NCBI GenBank assembly: GCA_947631325.1
Contig: CANRKX010000001.1
Span: forward strand, 12,450 to 76,449
Direction of reading: 5' to 3'
DNA: 64,000 nucleotides
Origin: an uncultured Clostridia bacterium
GTDB taxonomy: Bacteria > Bacillota > Clostridia > Christensenellales > Borkfalkiaceae
Of the stretch, positions 54,396 through 63,552 are shown piece after piece. Both the position numbers and the translations under genes were made by a program. Each line of letters opens with the position of its first letter. Position 1 is the stretch's first letter. Below the pieces are notes generated by a model that searched no databases, was not told the origin of the DNA, and was given only the letters and a program-made list of their open reading frames with translations.

Positions 54396-55461
54396 TGCGC
54401 TTGCTCTCCTTTATATTTTGAATAAATCTGTCAAACAGGAAGGACGTATCCTGCGGCCCTCCGCAAGCTTCGGGGTGAAATTGCACGGTATAGGCGTTGA
54501 GTTCGGGATAGTCAAATCCCTCGCAAGTGCCGTCGTTGCCGTTGATATAGCTCAACTTCCCGCCGAGAACACTTGAAGAAATAACTTCATAGCCGTGATT
54601 TTGGCTGGATATATACACCCTGCCCGTCGCAAGGTTTTTGACGGGTTGATTTGCGCCGCGGTGACCGTACTTCATCTTCTTCGTCTTGCCGCCCATTGCA
54701 AGTGCAAACAGCTGGTGACCCAAGCATATGCCGAAAATGGGAAGTTTTCCCGCGATTTTTTTGATATTTTGAATGATTTCGACGTTTTCGGCGGGGTCGC
54801 CCGGTCCGTTTGTAAGCATAAGCCCGTCGGGGTCGAGGGCAAGAATTTGCTCGGCAGTGTAGAACGAGGGCACCCTTATGCAGTAGCACCCGCGCTTTAC
54901 AAGTTCGCGAATAATGTTATCCTTTGCGCCGAAATCCCAAACAGCAACCTTTAAGCCCGCGGGGTCTCCGAAATATTCAACCTCGCTGCAAGTCACGCTC
55001 TTTACTGCGTCTTTTATGATATATGAATTTACCGCAGAGAAATCGGCGAGCGGCTTCGAGGTGATTGCGGCATTCATGACTCCCGCCTCCCTCACTATCT
55101 TTGTGAGTTCGCGCGTGTCTATGCCGTAAAGCCCTATTATCCCCTTTTCTTTCAGATATGCGTCAATCGTCTCCTCGCATCTGAAATTTGAGGGCTTTTC
55201 GCACTTTTCCCTGACGATATAAGCCGAAACCCAAGGTTTTTTGCTCTCTTGGTCGGGCTTTATCATGCCGTAATTGCCGATAAGCGGGAAGGTCTGCGTA
55301 ACAATCTGCCCAAAGTAGCTCGGGTCGGTAAGCGTCTCGATATAGCCCGTCATGCCAGTCGTAAACACAAGCTCGCCGATCATCTCGCCGCTTGCGCCGA
55401 ACCTGTAGCCTTCGAACTGCTTTCCGTTTTGCAATGTCAAATATGCTTTAACGTCTTTCAT
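54388..55461 (-). CDS. carA: Carbamoyl-phosphate synthase small (glutaminase) subunit
   Basis: Triad context GICLGHQL and HGYE-type region QNHGYEV. 8-nt overlap with the carB start. Confidence 0.95.
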   Translation of the reverse strand: MKDVKAYLTLQNGKQFEGYRFGASGEMIGELVFTTGMTGYIETLTDPSYFGQIVTQTFPLIGNYGMIKPDQESKKPWVSAYIVREKCEKPSNFRCEETIDAYLKEKGIIGLYGIDTRELTKIVREAGVMNAAITSKPLADFSAVNSYIIKDAVKSVTCSEVEYFGDPAGLKVAVWDFGAKDNIIRELVKRGCYCIRVPSFYTAEQILALDPDGLMLTNGPGDPAENVEIIQNIKKIAGKLPIFGICLGHQLFALAMGGKTKKMKYGHRGANQPVKNLATGRVYISSQNHGYEVISSSVLGGKLSYINGNDGTCEGFDYPELNAYTVQFHPEACGGPQDTSFLFDRFIQNIKESKRNA

Positions 55462-55476
55462 ATAAAATCCTTTAAA

Positions 55477-56379
55477 TTATTTCATCAGTTTGACCATAAC
55501 CGCTTTTTGCGCGTGAAGTCTGTTCTCAGCTTCGTCGAATATCTCGTTTGCGTGCGCTTCGAAAACTCCCGCGGTTATCTCCTCGCCCCTGTGTGCGGGT
55601 AGGCAGTGCATAACCATAACGTCGCTCTTCGCGTATTTTATGTTCTTTTCGTTTATCTGATAGCCCTTAAAGTCGTGCTCCCTCTGCACCTTTTCCTGCT
55701 CCATGCCCATTGAAGCCCAGACGTCTGTGTATAACACGTCTGCGTCCTTAATTGCTTCGTCCACATCCTCGGTGATGGTGAAATTGCCGTTCTTTTTAGC
55801 CCATTTCATGAGCTCTGCGTCGGGCTCATAACCCTTGGGGCAGGCTATCGTAAAGGACATCTCCTGCTTTATCGTGCCGACCATAAGGCTGTTTGCCATA
55901 TTATTGCCGTCGCCGACGTATGTAAACTTTAAATCCTTGAAGCTGCCCTTGTACTCGCGCACCGTCATGAGATCTGCAAGCACCTGACAGGGATGCGCAT
56001 AGTCGGTCAAGCCGTTGATAACGGGTATTGTTCCGTATTTTGCGAGGTCCTCAACCTCCTTTTGCGCAAAGGTTCTTATCATTATTCCGTCGAGATAGCG
56101 CGACAAAACCCTTGCCGTGTCCTCCACGGGCTCGCCCCTGCCAATCTGCAAATCGTGGCTTGAAAGGAACATTCCGTATCCCCCGAGCTCGAAAATTCCC
56201 GTTTCAAACGACACTCTCGTGCGGGTGGATGATTTTTGAAATATCATGCCGAGCTTTTTCCCTTTAAGGCTCTCGTTCACTATTCCGTGCGAGCGCTCGT
56301 ACTTCAATTGGTCGGCAAGATTTAAGATGGAAAGTATCTCTTCTCTGGTTAAATCGGAAAGTTTTAAAAGATGGTTCAT
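55477..56379 (-). CDS. argF: Ornithine carbamoyltransferase
   Basis: STRTR, HPCQ, DGNNM and HCLP motifs. Confidence 0.93.
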   Translation of the reverse strand: MNHLLKLSDLTREEILSILNLADQLKYERSHGIVNESLKGKKLGMIFQKSSTRTRVSFETGIFELGGYGMFLSSHDLQIGRGEPVEDTARVLSRYLDGIMIRTFAQKEVEDLAKYGTIPVINGLTDYAHPCQVLADLMTVREYKGSFKDLKFTYVGDGNNMANSLMVGTIKQEMSFTIACPKGYEPDAELMKWAKKNGNFTITEDVDEAIKDADVLYTDVWASMGMEQEKVQREHDFKGYQINEKNIKYAKSDVMVMHCLPAHRGEEITAGVFEAHANEIFDEAENRLHAQKAVMVKLMK

Positions 56380-57542
56380 TTGGATATCACCTCGTTCAAT
56401 ATTTTCAATGCTTCGTCAATTTCATTTTTCTTTATGATAAGCGGGGGCAAAAGTCTGACTTTCGTGTGCGCCGTAAGCACAATCACCCCCCTTTCAAGGC
56501 AAGCTTGGGCGACTTCTCGCGCGGGCTTTGTGGTCTCAATGCCTATCATAAGCCCCATGCCGCTGACGTTTATAACGTTTTTTATCCTTGACAGATTTTC
56601 TTTAAAATAGGCGCCCTTGCCCTGCACTTCAAGCAAAAGCTTGCTGTCAATTCGCCTTACTATGCTTATTGCGCCCGCGCATGCGACGGGATTGCCGCCG
56701 AACGTCGAGCCGTGGTCGCCGAAATTCAAAGTATTTTCGCACTTGTCGAACAGCATACATGCGCCAATCGGCAGACCTCCGCCCAACGCCTTTGCCGTCG
56801 TCACGATATCGGGATGAAGCCCGAACGCTTCATAGGAATACATATAACCCGTTCTGCCGTTGCCCGTCTGCACCTCGTCGACAATTAAGAGAATGTCGCG
56901 CTCTTTACAGAATTTTTCGAGTTCTTTTAAGAACTCACCGTCGAGGACGTTGACGCCGCTCTCTCCCTGAATGACTTCAATCATCACGGCGCAAGTCTTG
57001 TCGGTGTATTGCTTTATTATTCCGTCCATAGTGGGTTCGGCATAGCGGAAACCCTCGAGGAAGGGCGAAAAATACTTATGAAATCCGTCTTGCCCCGTTG
57101 CGGATAGGGTGGCAATCGTCCTGCCGTGGAAGGAGTTTTTGAGGGTTATAATCTCATATCTCCCCCCGCCGTACTTCATATCCGAATACTTCCTTGCCGT
57201 CTTTATGGCGCACTCGTTGGCTTCTGCGCCGCTGTTGCCGAAAAACACCTTTTTCGCGCCCGTCTTTTCGCAGAGGAGCTTTGCAAGCTCTGCCTGAGGC
57301 TCGGCATAATAGAGGTTGCAGACGTGTTGTATTTTATTTATCTGGCCTACGACAGCCTTCTTCCACTCCTCGTCGTTAATGCCGAAAGCGTTGACGCCGA
57401 TACCCGTCGCACAGTCAATGTACTGTTTGCCGTCCGCGTCGGTTATAATCGACCCGTGTCCCTCTTTGACGACTATGTTGAAGCGCGCGTAAGTGCTCGC
57501 TATGTAGTTTTTATCGTCCGAAATTACGGTATTTTTATCCAT
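56376..57542 (-). CDS. argD: Acetylornithine aminotransferase
   Basis: Class III aminotransferase: SGAEANE, DEVQTGNGRTG, PLP-lysine context TTAKALGGG. Confidence 0.92.
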   Translation of the reverse strand: MDKNTVISDDKNYIASTYARFNIVVKEGHGSIITDADGKQYIDCATGIGVNAFGINDEEWKKAVVGQINKIQHVCNLYYAEPQAELAKLLCEKTGAKKVFFGNSGAEANECAIKTARKYSDMKYGGGRYEIITLKNSFHGRTIATLSATGQDGFHKYFSPFLEGFRYAEPTMDGIIKQYTDKTCAVMIEVIQGESGVNVLDGEFLKELEKFCKERDILLIVDEVQTGNGRTGYMYSYEAFGLHPDIVTTAKALGGGLPIGACMLFDKCENTLNFGDHGSTFGGNPVACAGAISIVRRIDSKLLLEVQGKGAYFKENLSRIKNVINVSGMGLMIGIETTKPAREVAQACLERGVIVLTAHTKVRLLPPLIIKKNEIDEALKILNEVISK

Positions 57543-57588
57543 TTCCCACTCCTATTTAAAAGAAAGACTGATTTAAAAAATAAATCAG

Positions 57589-58437
57589 TCAATTCAAAAA
57601 CATTGTCCCGCTGCCTTCTTCGGACAATATTTCTACCAATATCGAATGTGCGACTCTGCCGTCGGTGATAAACACCTTATGCACGCCGCGACGAATTGCT
57701 TCTTTACAGCACTCTATCTTGGGAATCATTCCCCCCGAAATTATGCCCTGCTTGACGAGGGCGGGGATATCCGACACATAAACCTTTTTGATAAGGCTTT
57801 TGGGGTCGTCCTTGTTCTGCATAAGCCCTTTGATATCGGTCATAAGAATTAAACTTTCTGCATTCAACGCACCGGCGATTGCAGCTGCGGCGGTATCTGC
57901 ATTTACATTATATATATTGCCCTCGTCGTCATAGCCGACGGTGGAAATGACGGGAATGTATCCGAGATTCAATAAATCGCAGACAAGAGTCGTATCTATC
58001 GACTCAACCTTTCCCACAAAACCCAACGCTTCGTCCTCTTTGGAGCATTTGAGCATGTGCCCGTCCTGACCGCAAAGCCCTGCCGCTTTTCCGCCGTTGC
58101 GCTCCAACAGGTCTACAAGCGATTTATTGACCTTGCCCGCAAGCACCATGCGGACGATTTCGGCTGTCTCCTCATCGGTGTATCGCAAACCGTTGACAAA
58201 GACGGACTTTTTGCCCATCTTTTCGATAGTCGCTGTTATCTCGGGTCCGCCGCCGTGAACGAGAACGACCTTAATCCCCAGCAAATTCAACGCAACGAGA
58301 TCGCGCATAACGGACGATTTAAGCTTGTCGTCCGTCATTGCGTTCCCGCCGTACTTCACGACGAGAATTTTATTGAAATATTTTTTGATATAGGGCATCG
58401 CCTCAATCAAAAATTCAGCCTGTTCCTGCTTGTCCAT
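57589..58437 (-). CDS. argB: Acetylglutamate kinase
   Basis: VVKYGGNAM, VHGGGP and NVNADTAA motifs. Confidence 0.95.
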   Translation of the reverse strand: MDKQEQAEFLIEAMPYIKKYFNKILVVKYGGNAMTDDKLKSSVMRDLVALNLLGIKVVLVHGGGPEITATIEKMGKKSVFVNGLRYTDEETAEIVRMVLAGKVNKSLVDLLERNGGKAAGLCGQDGHMLKCSKEDEALGFVGKVESIDTTLVCDLLNLGYIPVISTVGYDDEGNIYNVNADTAAAAIAGALNAESLILMTDIKGLMQNKDDPKSLIKKVYVSDIPALVKQGIISGGMIPKIECCKEAIRRGVHKVFITDGRVAHSILVEILSEEGSGTMFLN

Positions 58438-58438
58438 A

Positions 58439-59656
58439 TCAGGTCCTGTAATCTCCGTTTATTTTAACATAATCATAAGTAAGATCGCAACCCCACGCCG
58501 AAGCATTCGCCGAGCCGAGGTTTAAGTTGACGTTTATCTTGATTTCGTCCTCAGAGAGAATTATTTTCGCCTGCTCTTCGGAAAAATCTATTCCAAAGCC
58601 CTGCCTGCAAACGGGCAAATTTCCCTTTTTCGACTTAAAATCGACGTCGATTTTCAAGGGATCGATCTTCTCGCCCGAGTAGCCTATCGCGCATAAAACT
58701 CTGCCCCAATTGGCGTCCGCTCCGAACATTGCGGCTTTGACGAGTGAGGATGTTATTACAGATTTAGCGACATTTCGCGCCATTTTTGCCGTTTTTGCGC
58801 CCTTAATGTTGCATTCAATGAGTTTTGTCGCGCCCTCGCCGTCCTTTGCAAGCATCTTCGAAAGTTTGACCGTGCAGTGGTTCAATGCCTTTTTGAATAT
58901 TTTAAGCTGCTCGCCGTCGCCCGTTATCTCCTCATTGCCCGCAAGTCCGTTGCACATTATGCAACAGGTGTCGTTGGTCGATTGGTCGCCGTCAACGCTT
59001 ATCATATTGAATGAAGTTTTGACGTCCTCGGAAAGTGCCTTTTGCAGTACGTCGGGTGCGATTTTGACGTCCGACGTGAGGAAAATGAGATTGGTCGCCA
59101 TATTGGGGCAAACCATTCCCACACCCTTGGCAATCGCGCCTATCCTGCAGGGCTTGCCGTCGATAAAGAATTCAACCGCAACCGATTTTTTTACCGTATC
59201 GGTCGTCATTATTGCTTCGTTCGCGGCTTCGCTGTTGTCGCCGAGACTGTTGTAAAGTTCTTCAATGCTCTCGCTCATGGGAGTCAAGTCGAGTTTTTGA
59301 CCGATAACGCCCGTGGAAGCAACAATTACGTCCTTTGCGGGGATTTTTGCAACCTTTTCAACCAAATCGCACATACCCTCGGCAATCTCTATGCCGTTAG
59401 AATTACAGGTATTGGCATTGCCGCTGTTGCAGATAATTGCCTGTGCATAGCCGTCCGCAAGGTGTTCGCGGGTCACAACAACAGGCGCACCCTTTACGAG
59501 GTTGCTCGTATATACGCCTGCAGACGCCGCGCGAACTTCGCTTAAAATGAGCGCAAAGTCCTTCTTATTCTTATTTTTTCTTATCCCGCAGTGTATGCCG
59601 CCCGCCTTAAAACCATAGGGCGCGCACACACCGCCGTCAATTTCGATTATCTTCAT
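58439..59656 (-). CDS. argJ: Bifunctional ornithine acetyltransferase / N-acetylglutamate synthase
   Basis: Autoprocessing site region ATNLIFLTSD (T of ATN/ATML type). 405 aa, ArgJ fold. Confidence 0.93.
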   Translation of the reverse strand: MKIIEIDGGVCAPYGFKAGGIHCGIRKNKNKKDFALILSEVRAASAGVYTSNLVKGAPVVVTREHLADGYAQAIICNSGNANTCNSNGIEIAEGMCDLVEKVAKIPAKDVIVASTGVIGQKLDLTPMSESIEELYNSLGDNSEAANEAIMTTDTVKKSVAVEFFIDGKPCRIGAIAKGVGMVCPNMATNLIFLTSDVKIAPDVLQKALSEDVKTSFNMISVDGDQSTNDTCCIMCNGLAGNEEITGDGEQLKIFKKALNHCTVKLSKMLAKDGEGATKLIECNIKGAKTAKMARNVAKSVITSSLVKAAMFGADANWGRVLCAIGYSGEKIDPLKIDVDFKSKKGNLPVCRQGFGIDFSEEQAKIILSEDEIKINVNLNLGSANASAWGCDLTYDYVKINGDYRT

Positions 59657-59659
59657 AAT

Positions 59660-60592
59660 TCAGTCCAATGATACTCTTTCATCCAAGCCGAGCATTATAT
59701 TCATATTTTGCACCGCCGCCCCCGACGCACCCTTGCCGAGATTGTCGAGAACGCTCGCAATGAATATTCGCTCTTCGTTTCCGCTTATATATATTTTCAA
59801 AAGATTTGTTCCCGCAAGGCTGTTAGCCGCAAGAAAGGTCGGAACCTCTTCACTTTTTGCTACTTTTACATAGTTCTGTCTGGCATAGTACTCTGCAAAA
59901 TACTCATATAGAGCAGAAATTGTGGCTTTTTTATCCATAAGGCGCACATAAATGGGAACTGTCACCGTCATTCCGCAGTAGTAATCGCAGATTATCGGTG
60001 TGAATATGGGCGTCGATTTAAGCCCGCACTCCTTCACCATTTCGGGCAGATGTTTATGATTTAAATTCAATCCGTAATTTCTCGGCGCGTCAAGCTCCAC
60101 ATCCCTTTCAGCGCTTTCATACACGGCAATGGTCTTTTTGCCTGCGCCCGAATAGCCCGAAATTCCCGTTGCCACAAATGGATATTCGGGAGAGACGAAT
60201 CCGCCCTTCACGAGGGGGGCGACAGCCGCTATAAATCCCGTTGCATAACAGCCGGGGTTTGCAAGCCGCTTTGTCTTTGCAATCTCCTCCCTTCTCTTTT
60301 GAGACAGTTCGGGGAAGCCGTACACCCAATCGGGCGAGGTCCTATGCGCGGTCGAGGCGTCGATTATTCTGACATTGGGGTTTTTAACAAGCGAAACAGA
60401 TTCTCTCGCTGCGTCGTCGGGAAGACACAAAAAGCTAACGTCAGCCGAATTCAGACATTCAGCCCTCGCCGCGGGGTCTTTTCTCTTCTCCTCGGGCAAG
60501 GTTATCACGTTCACGTCGTCGTGCTTTGCAAGCCTGTCGAAAATCTGCAGACCCGTCGTGCCCTCTTTGCCGTCAATAAAAACGTTATACAT
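59660..60592 (-). CDS. argC: N-acetyl-gamma-glutamyl-phosphate reductase (short form)
   Basis: Active-site context ANPGCYATG. 310 aa. 1-nt TAATG overlap with the argG stop. Confidence 0.92.
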   Translation of the reverse strand: MYNVFIDGKEGTTGLQIFDRLAKHDDVNVITLPEEKRKDPAARAECLNSADVSFLCLPDDAARESVSLVKNPNVRIIDASTAHRTSPDWVYGFPELSQKRREEIAKTKRLANPGCYATGFIAAVAPLVKGGFVSPEYPFVATGISGYSGAGKKTIAVYESAERDVELDAPRNYGLNLNHKHLPEMVKECGLKSTPIFTPIICDYYCGMTVTVPIYVRLMDKKATISALYEYFAEYYARQNYVKVAKSEEVPTFLAANSLAGTNLLKIYISGNEERIFIASVLDNLGKGASGAAVQNMNIMLGLDERVSLD

Positions 60593-61812
60593 TACTTTAA
60601 TTTCTTGCTGTCGAGGAGAGCCTTGACCTTAATGGGCAGTCCGAAAAGATTAATAAATCCCTGCGAATCCATCTGATTATAGCAGTTGTCCTCGCCGAAT
60701 GTTGCGATATCCTCGCTGTAGAGCGAATAAGGCGATGTAATTCCCGCGTTCATGACGTTGCCCTTGTAGATTTTGAGCTTGACGTCGCCCGTCACGGTCT
60801 CCTGCGTCTTGTTGACGAATGCGTCGAGGGCTTCTCTCAAAGGCGTAAACCACTGCCCGTCGTAAACCATTTCGCCGTACTTTATAGCGATTAACTGCTT
60901 ATAGTGCTGCGTCGCCTTATCAAGGCAAATTGACTCCAATAGTTCGTGTGCGGCGTACAAAATCGTGCCGCCGGGGGTTTCGTATACGCCCCTGCTCTTC
61001 ATGCCGACAAGCCTGTTTTCGACCATATCGACGAGTCCCACGCCGTTTGCGCCGCCGACTTCGTTGAGCTTTTCGATTAATGCAACGCTGTCGAGAGACT
61101 TGCCGTCGATTGCGGTGGGCACGCCCTTTTCAAAGTGGATTGTAAGATATGTGGGCTTATCGGGAGCCTTCCAAGGCGAAACGCCGAGTTCGCAGATCTT
61201 GTCGTAATCGGGCTCGTTTGCGGGATCTTCGAGGTCGAGTCCCTCGTGCGACAGGTGCCAAAGGTTCTTGTCCTTTGAATAATTGGTCTCCCTGTTAATT
61301 TTAAGGGGAATGTTATGCGCCTCGGCGTAGTCAATCTCCTCGTCGCGGCTCTTGATATTCCAAATTCTCCAAGGGGCGATAATCTTCATTTCAGGCGCAA
61401 ACGCCTTGATTGTAAGCTCAAAACGAACTTGGTCGTTGCCCTTGCCCGTACAGCCGTGGCAGATAGCGTCCGCTCCCTCTTTTTTCGCAATTTCGACAAT
61501 GCGCTTTGCGATAATGGGGCGCGCGAACGACGTGCCCAAAAGGTATTTATTCTCGTAAACAGCCCCCGCTTTCATCGTGGGGTAAATATAATCTTCGATA
61601 AATTCTTTTTTGAGGTCGAGAATATACAGCTTTGACGCACCCGTCTTCTTTGCCTTTTCTTCAAGCCCGTCAAGCTCCGTCGTCTGTCCGACGTCGCCCG
61701 ATACGGCAATGACCTCGCAGCCGTCGTAATTTTCCTTGAGCCAAGGGATGATGATGGAAGTGTCAAGTCCGCCCGAATAGGCAAGCACAACTTTTTTGAT
61801 TTTCTTTTCCAA
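60592..61812 (-). CDS. argG: Argininosuccinate synthase (TTG start)
   Basis: [16 protein letters not shown]-loop, 406 aa. The start codon is TTG at 61812 with an AAGAGG RBS 9 nt upstream. Confidence 0.95.
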   Translation of the reverse strand: MEKKIKKVVLAYSGGLDTSIIIPWLKENYDGCEVIAVSGDVGQTTELDGLEEKAKKTGASKLYILDLKKEFIEDYIYPTMKAGAVYENKYLLGTSFARPIIAKRIVEIAKKEGADAICHGCTGKGNDQVRFELTIKAFAPEMKIIAPWRIWNIKSRDEEIDYAEAHNIPLKINRETNYSKDKNLWHLSHEGLDLEDPANEPDYDKICELGVSPWKAPDKPTYLTIHFEKGVPTAIDGKSLDSVALIEKLNEVGGANGVGLVDMVENRLVGMKSRGVYETPGGTILYAAHELLESICLDKATQHYKQLIAIKYGEMVYDGQWFTPLREALDAFVNKTQETVTGDVKLKIYKGNVMNAGITSPYSLYSEDIATFGEDNCYNQMDSQGFINLFGLPIKVKALLDSKKLK

Positions 61813-61870
61813 TTTCAGTAACCTCTTTGTTAATTTTCAGTCGGTTTTCAATCAAATTTCCTTAAACCTA

Positions 61871-61990
61871 TGCAATTATATATCAAGCACATTTTCAAGT
61901 CAAGCAAATATGCCCCTCAATTAAATTATTTATAAATTAATTTTTGCATAAAATTTCATATTTTTAGATTATATGAATAATTATTTGAAT
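61871..61990. promoter_or_regulatory. Candidate ArgR/AhrC ARG boxes
   Basis: TGCAATTATATATCA at 61871-61885 overlaps the -10. TGCATAAAATTTCATA lies at 61945-61960 and TGAATAATTATTTGA at 61974-61988. All resemble TGAAT-N4-ATTCA. Confidence 0.4.
61875..61903 (-). promoter_or_regulatory. Candidate arg operon promoter
   Basis: On the minus strand: TTGACT (61903-61898), 17-nt spacer, TATAAT (61880-61875). Confidence 0.55.
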
Positions 61991-62018
61991 ATAAGGCGAC
62001 TTTTCGCATATTTATGAT

Positions 62019-62666
62019 TTACAGGTTTTGATAGAGCGAAGTCAGAAAATCATAATTTTTAAGCTCCGCTCTCAACATTTTCCAATCGGGTTCATAGTCA
62101 GAAACAAGCTTCCAGAAAGCCTGCGAATGATTGTGACATAAGGTGTGGCACAGCTCGTGAATTATTATGTAATGTTGAAGTTGCGGTCTCAGCATAAACA
62201 TTTTATAGTTGAAAATGAGGTTGTTTTTTGCGTCGCAGCAAGCCCATCTGCCGACATAGTTCTTCACCGAAACGTTGGCGGGGTGCAACAAGGTCTCCTT
62301 GGCAAGGCTATACACAGTCTCCTTTAAGCCCTCGGTAAACTGTTCTTTAAAAAGCCTTTCAATTGCGGACAGGCTCTTTAAATATACGGCGTCGGGCGCA
62401 AAATTGTTGGTATCAGCCATAATTATTGGCAAAAGCTTGCCGTTGACGTAAATCTTGCGGTATTCAATCACGTCGTCGTTGATGGCGAGACGGATTGCGT
62501 TTCTCTCCACCACCTTTTCAATCCAAGCCGACTTGCTGTCGACAAAGGCAACTATCTGCGCCCTGCTCACCGAATAAGGACAATGGACGACGATGACGTT
62601 CCTGTTTGAAATATGTATCGACATATTTTTGCAAGCCGTTCTTACAATCGAATACTCATAATCCAT
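62019..62666 (-). CDS. DUF45/YgjP-like (M48-related) zinc metallopeptidase
   Basis: HELCH (HExxH) near the C-terminus with a following AFW motif. 215 aa. Confidence 0.78.
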   Translation of the reverse strand: MDYEYSIVRTACKNMSIHISNRNVIVVHCPYSVSRAQIVAFVDSKSAWIEKVVERNAIRLAINDDVIEYRKIYVNGKLLPIIMADTNNFAPDAVYLKSLSAIERLFKEQFTEGLKETVYSLAKETLLHPANVSVKNYVGRWACCDAKNNLIFNYKMFMLRPQLQHYIIIHELCHTLCHNHSQAFWKLVSDYEPDWKMLRAELKNYDFLTSLYQNL

Positions 62667-63390
62667 CGCTTAACTCCACACAAAATTGAACGCGCGTCTC
62701 ATCGCCGACCTTGCCTTCGACGATTATATTGCCGTCCTCATTTATTTTATAAAATTTTATAACTTCGCCCATTTTGCACTGTTTTACGTATGAAATCTGC
62801 AATTTTCCGATAAAATTTCCCTTCATTTCATCTAATGAAAAAGTATCCATGAGGAAGTCGGCGTACTTCGTGTTATTAACATGGAAATAATGGTCGTAAT
62901 CGGAATAGGTCACAAGCTTTTCATAAGAGGGTTCTTTTTTTTCGACGGCGGCAATCTTCCACCTGTTGAATATAACGCTCCTTTGGGTGTTGTAGTTGTC
63001 AAACGCGCCCTCTTTAAAGTAAGCCGAAACGGGAAGCATTGAAAAGTTTGCAGTGTCTATCATGCACCACCTCGTCGTGGCGACGCCCACCTTTTCACCC
63101 GAGCAATAAATTTCATAATCTCTCAAAAAAATCATGAATTTGGGGCGCAAGGGCCAAGTGTGAACTTCCACCTTTTCGCCAAGCTTTATGGGGCGGAAAA
63201 GTTCGACGTAAGCGTTTACGATGATAAAGCCGATATTCTTCTTTGCGATTGCGTCATAGCCGAACCCGAGCTCGTCCGCAGAAAGGCAAGCCGACTCCTC
63301 CAAAAAGGACATAAGCGACGACGGCTTCAAAACGTCGTATGCGTCGGTATCAGTATAGCGTATCTCATATTCCTTAATATGTCTGTACAT
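62656..63390 (-). CDS. Acyl-ACP thioesterase (double hot-dog fold)
   Basis: 244 aa. The N-terminal pattern YEIRYTDTDAYDVLKPSSLMSFLEE, and a second half with DYDHYFHVNNTKY, are typical of the FatA/B-like bacterial family. Confidence 0.85.
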   Translation of the reverse strand: MYRHIKEYEIRYTDTDAYDVLKPSSLMSFLEESACLSADELGFGYDAIAKKNIGFIIVNAYVELFRPIKLGEKVEVHTWPLRPKFMIFLRDYEIYCSGEKVGVATTRWCMIDTANFSMLPVSAYFKEGAFDNYNTQRSVIFNRWKIAAVEKKEPSYEKLVTYSDYDHYFHVNNTKYADFLMDTFSLDEMKGNFIGKLQISYVKQCKMGEVIKFYKINEDGNIIVEGKVGDETRVQFCVELSDGL

Positions 63391-63482
63391 ATGAACCTCT
63401 TAGATTATTTTATCATTATTGTCGCAAAAAGTCCATTAAATGACGAAAGTTTAATCAAATTATGTGTGACATAGTACTTTTT

Positions 63483-63526
63483 ATATTGTCAAAGTATTGA
63501 CAATATGTTGTGCTTTATGGTATAAT
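63483..63526 (+). promoter_or_regulatory. padR promoter with a perfect palindromic operator over the -35
   Basis: atattgtcaa / agta / ttgacaatat (63483-63506). TTGACA at 63497-63502, 18-nt spacer, TATAAT at 63521-63526 preceded by TGG. Confidence 0.6.
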
Positions 63527-63552
63527 CAGTACAAATTACGGAGGAAAAAGGA

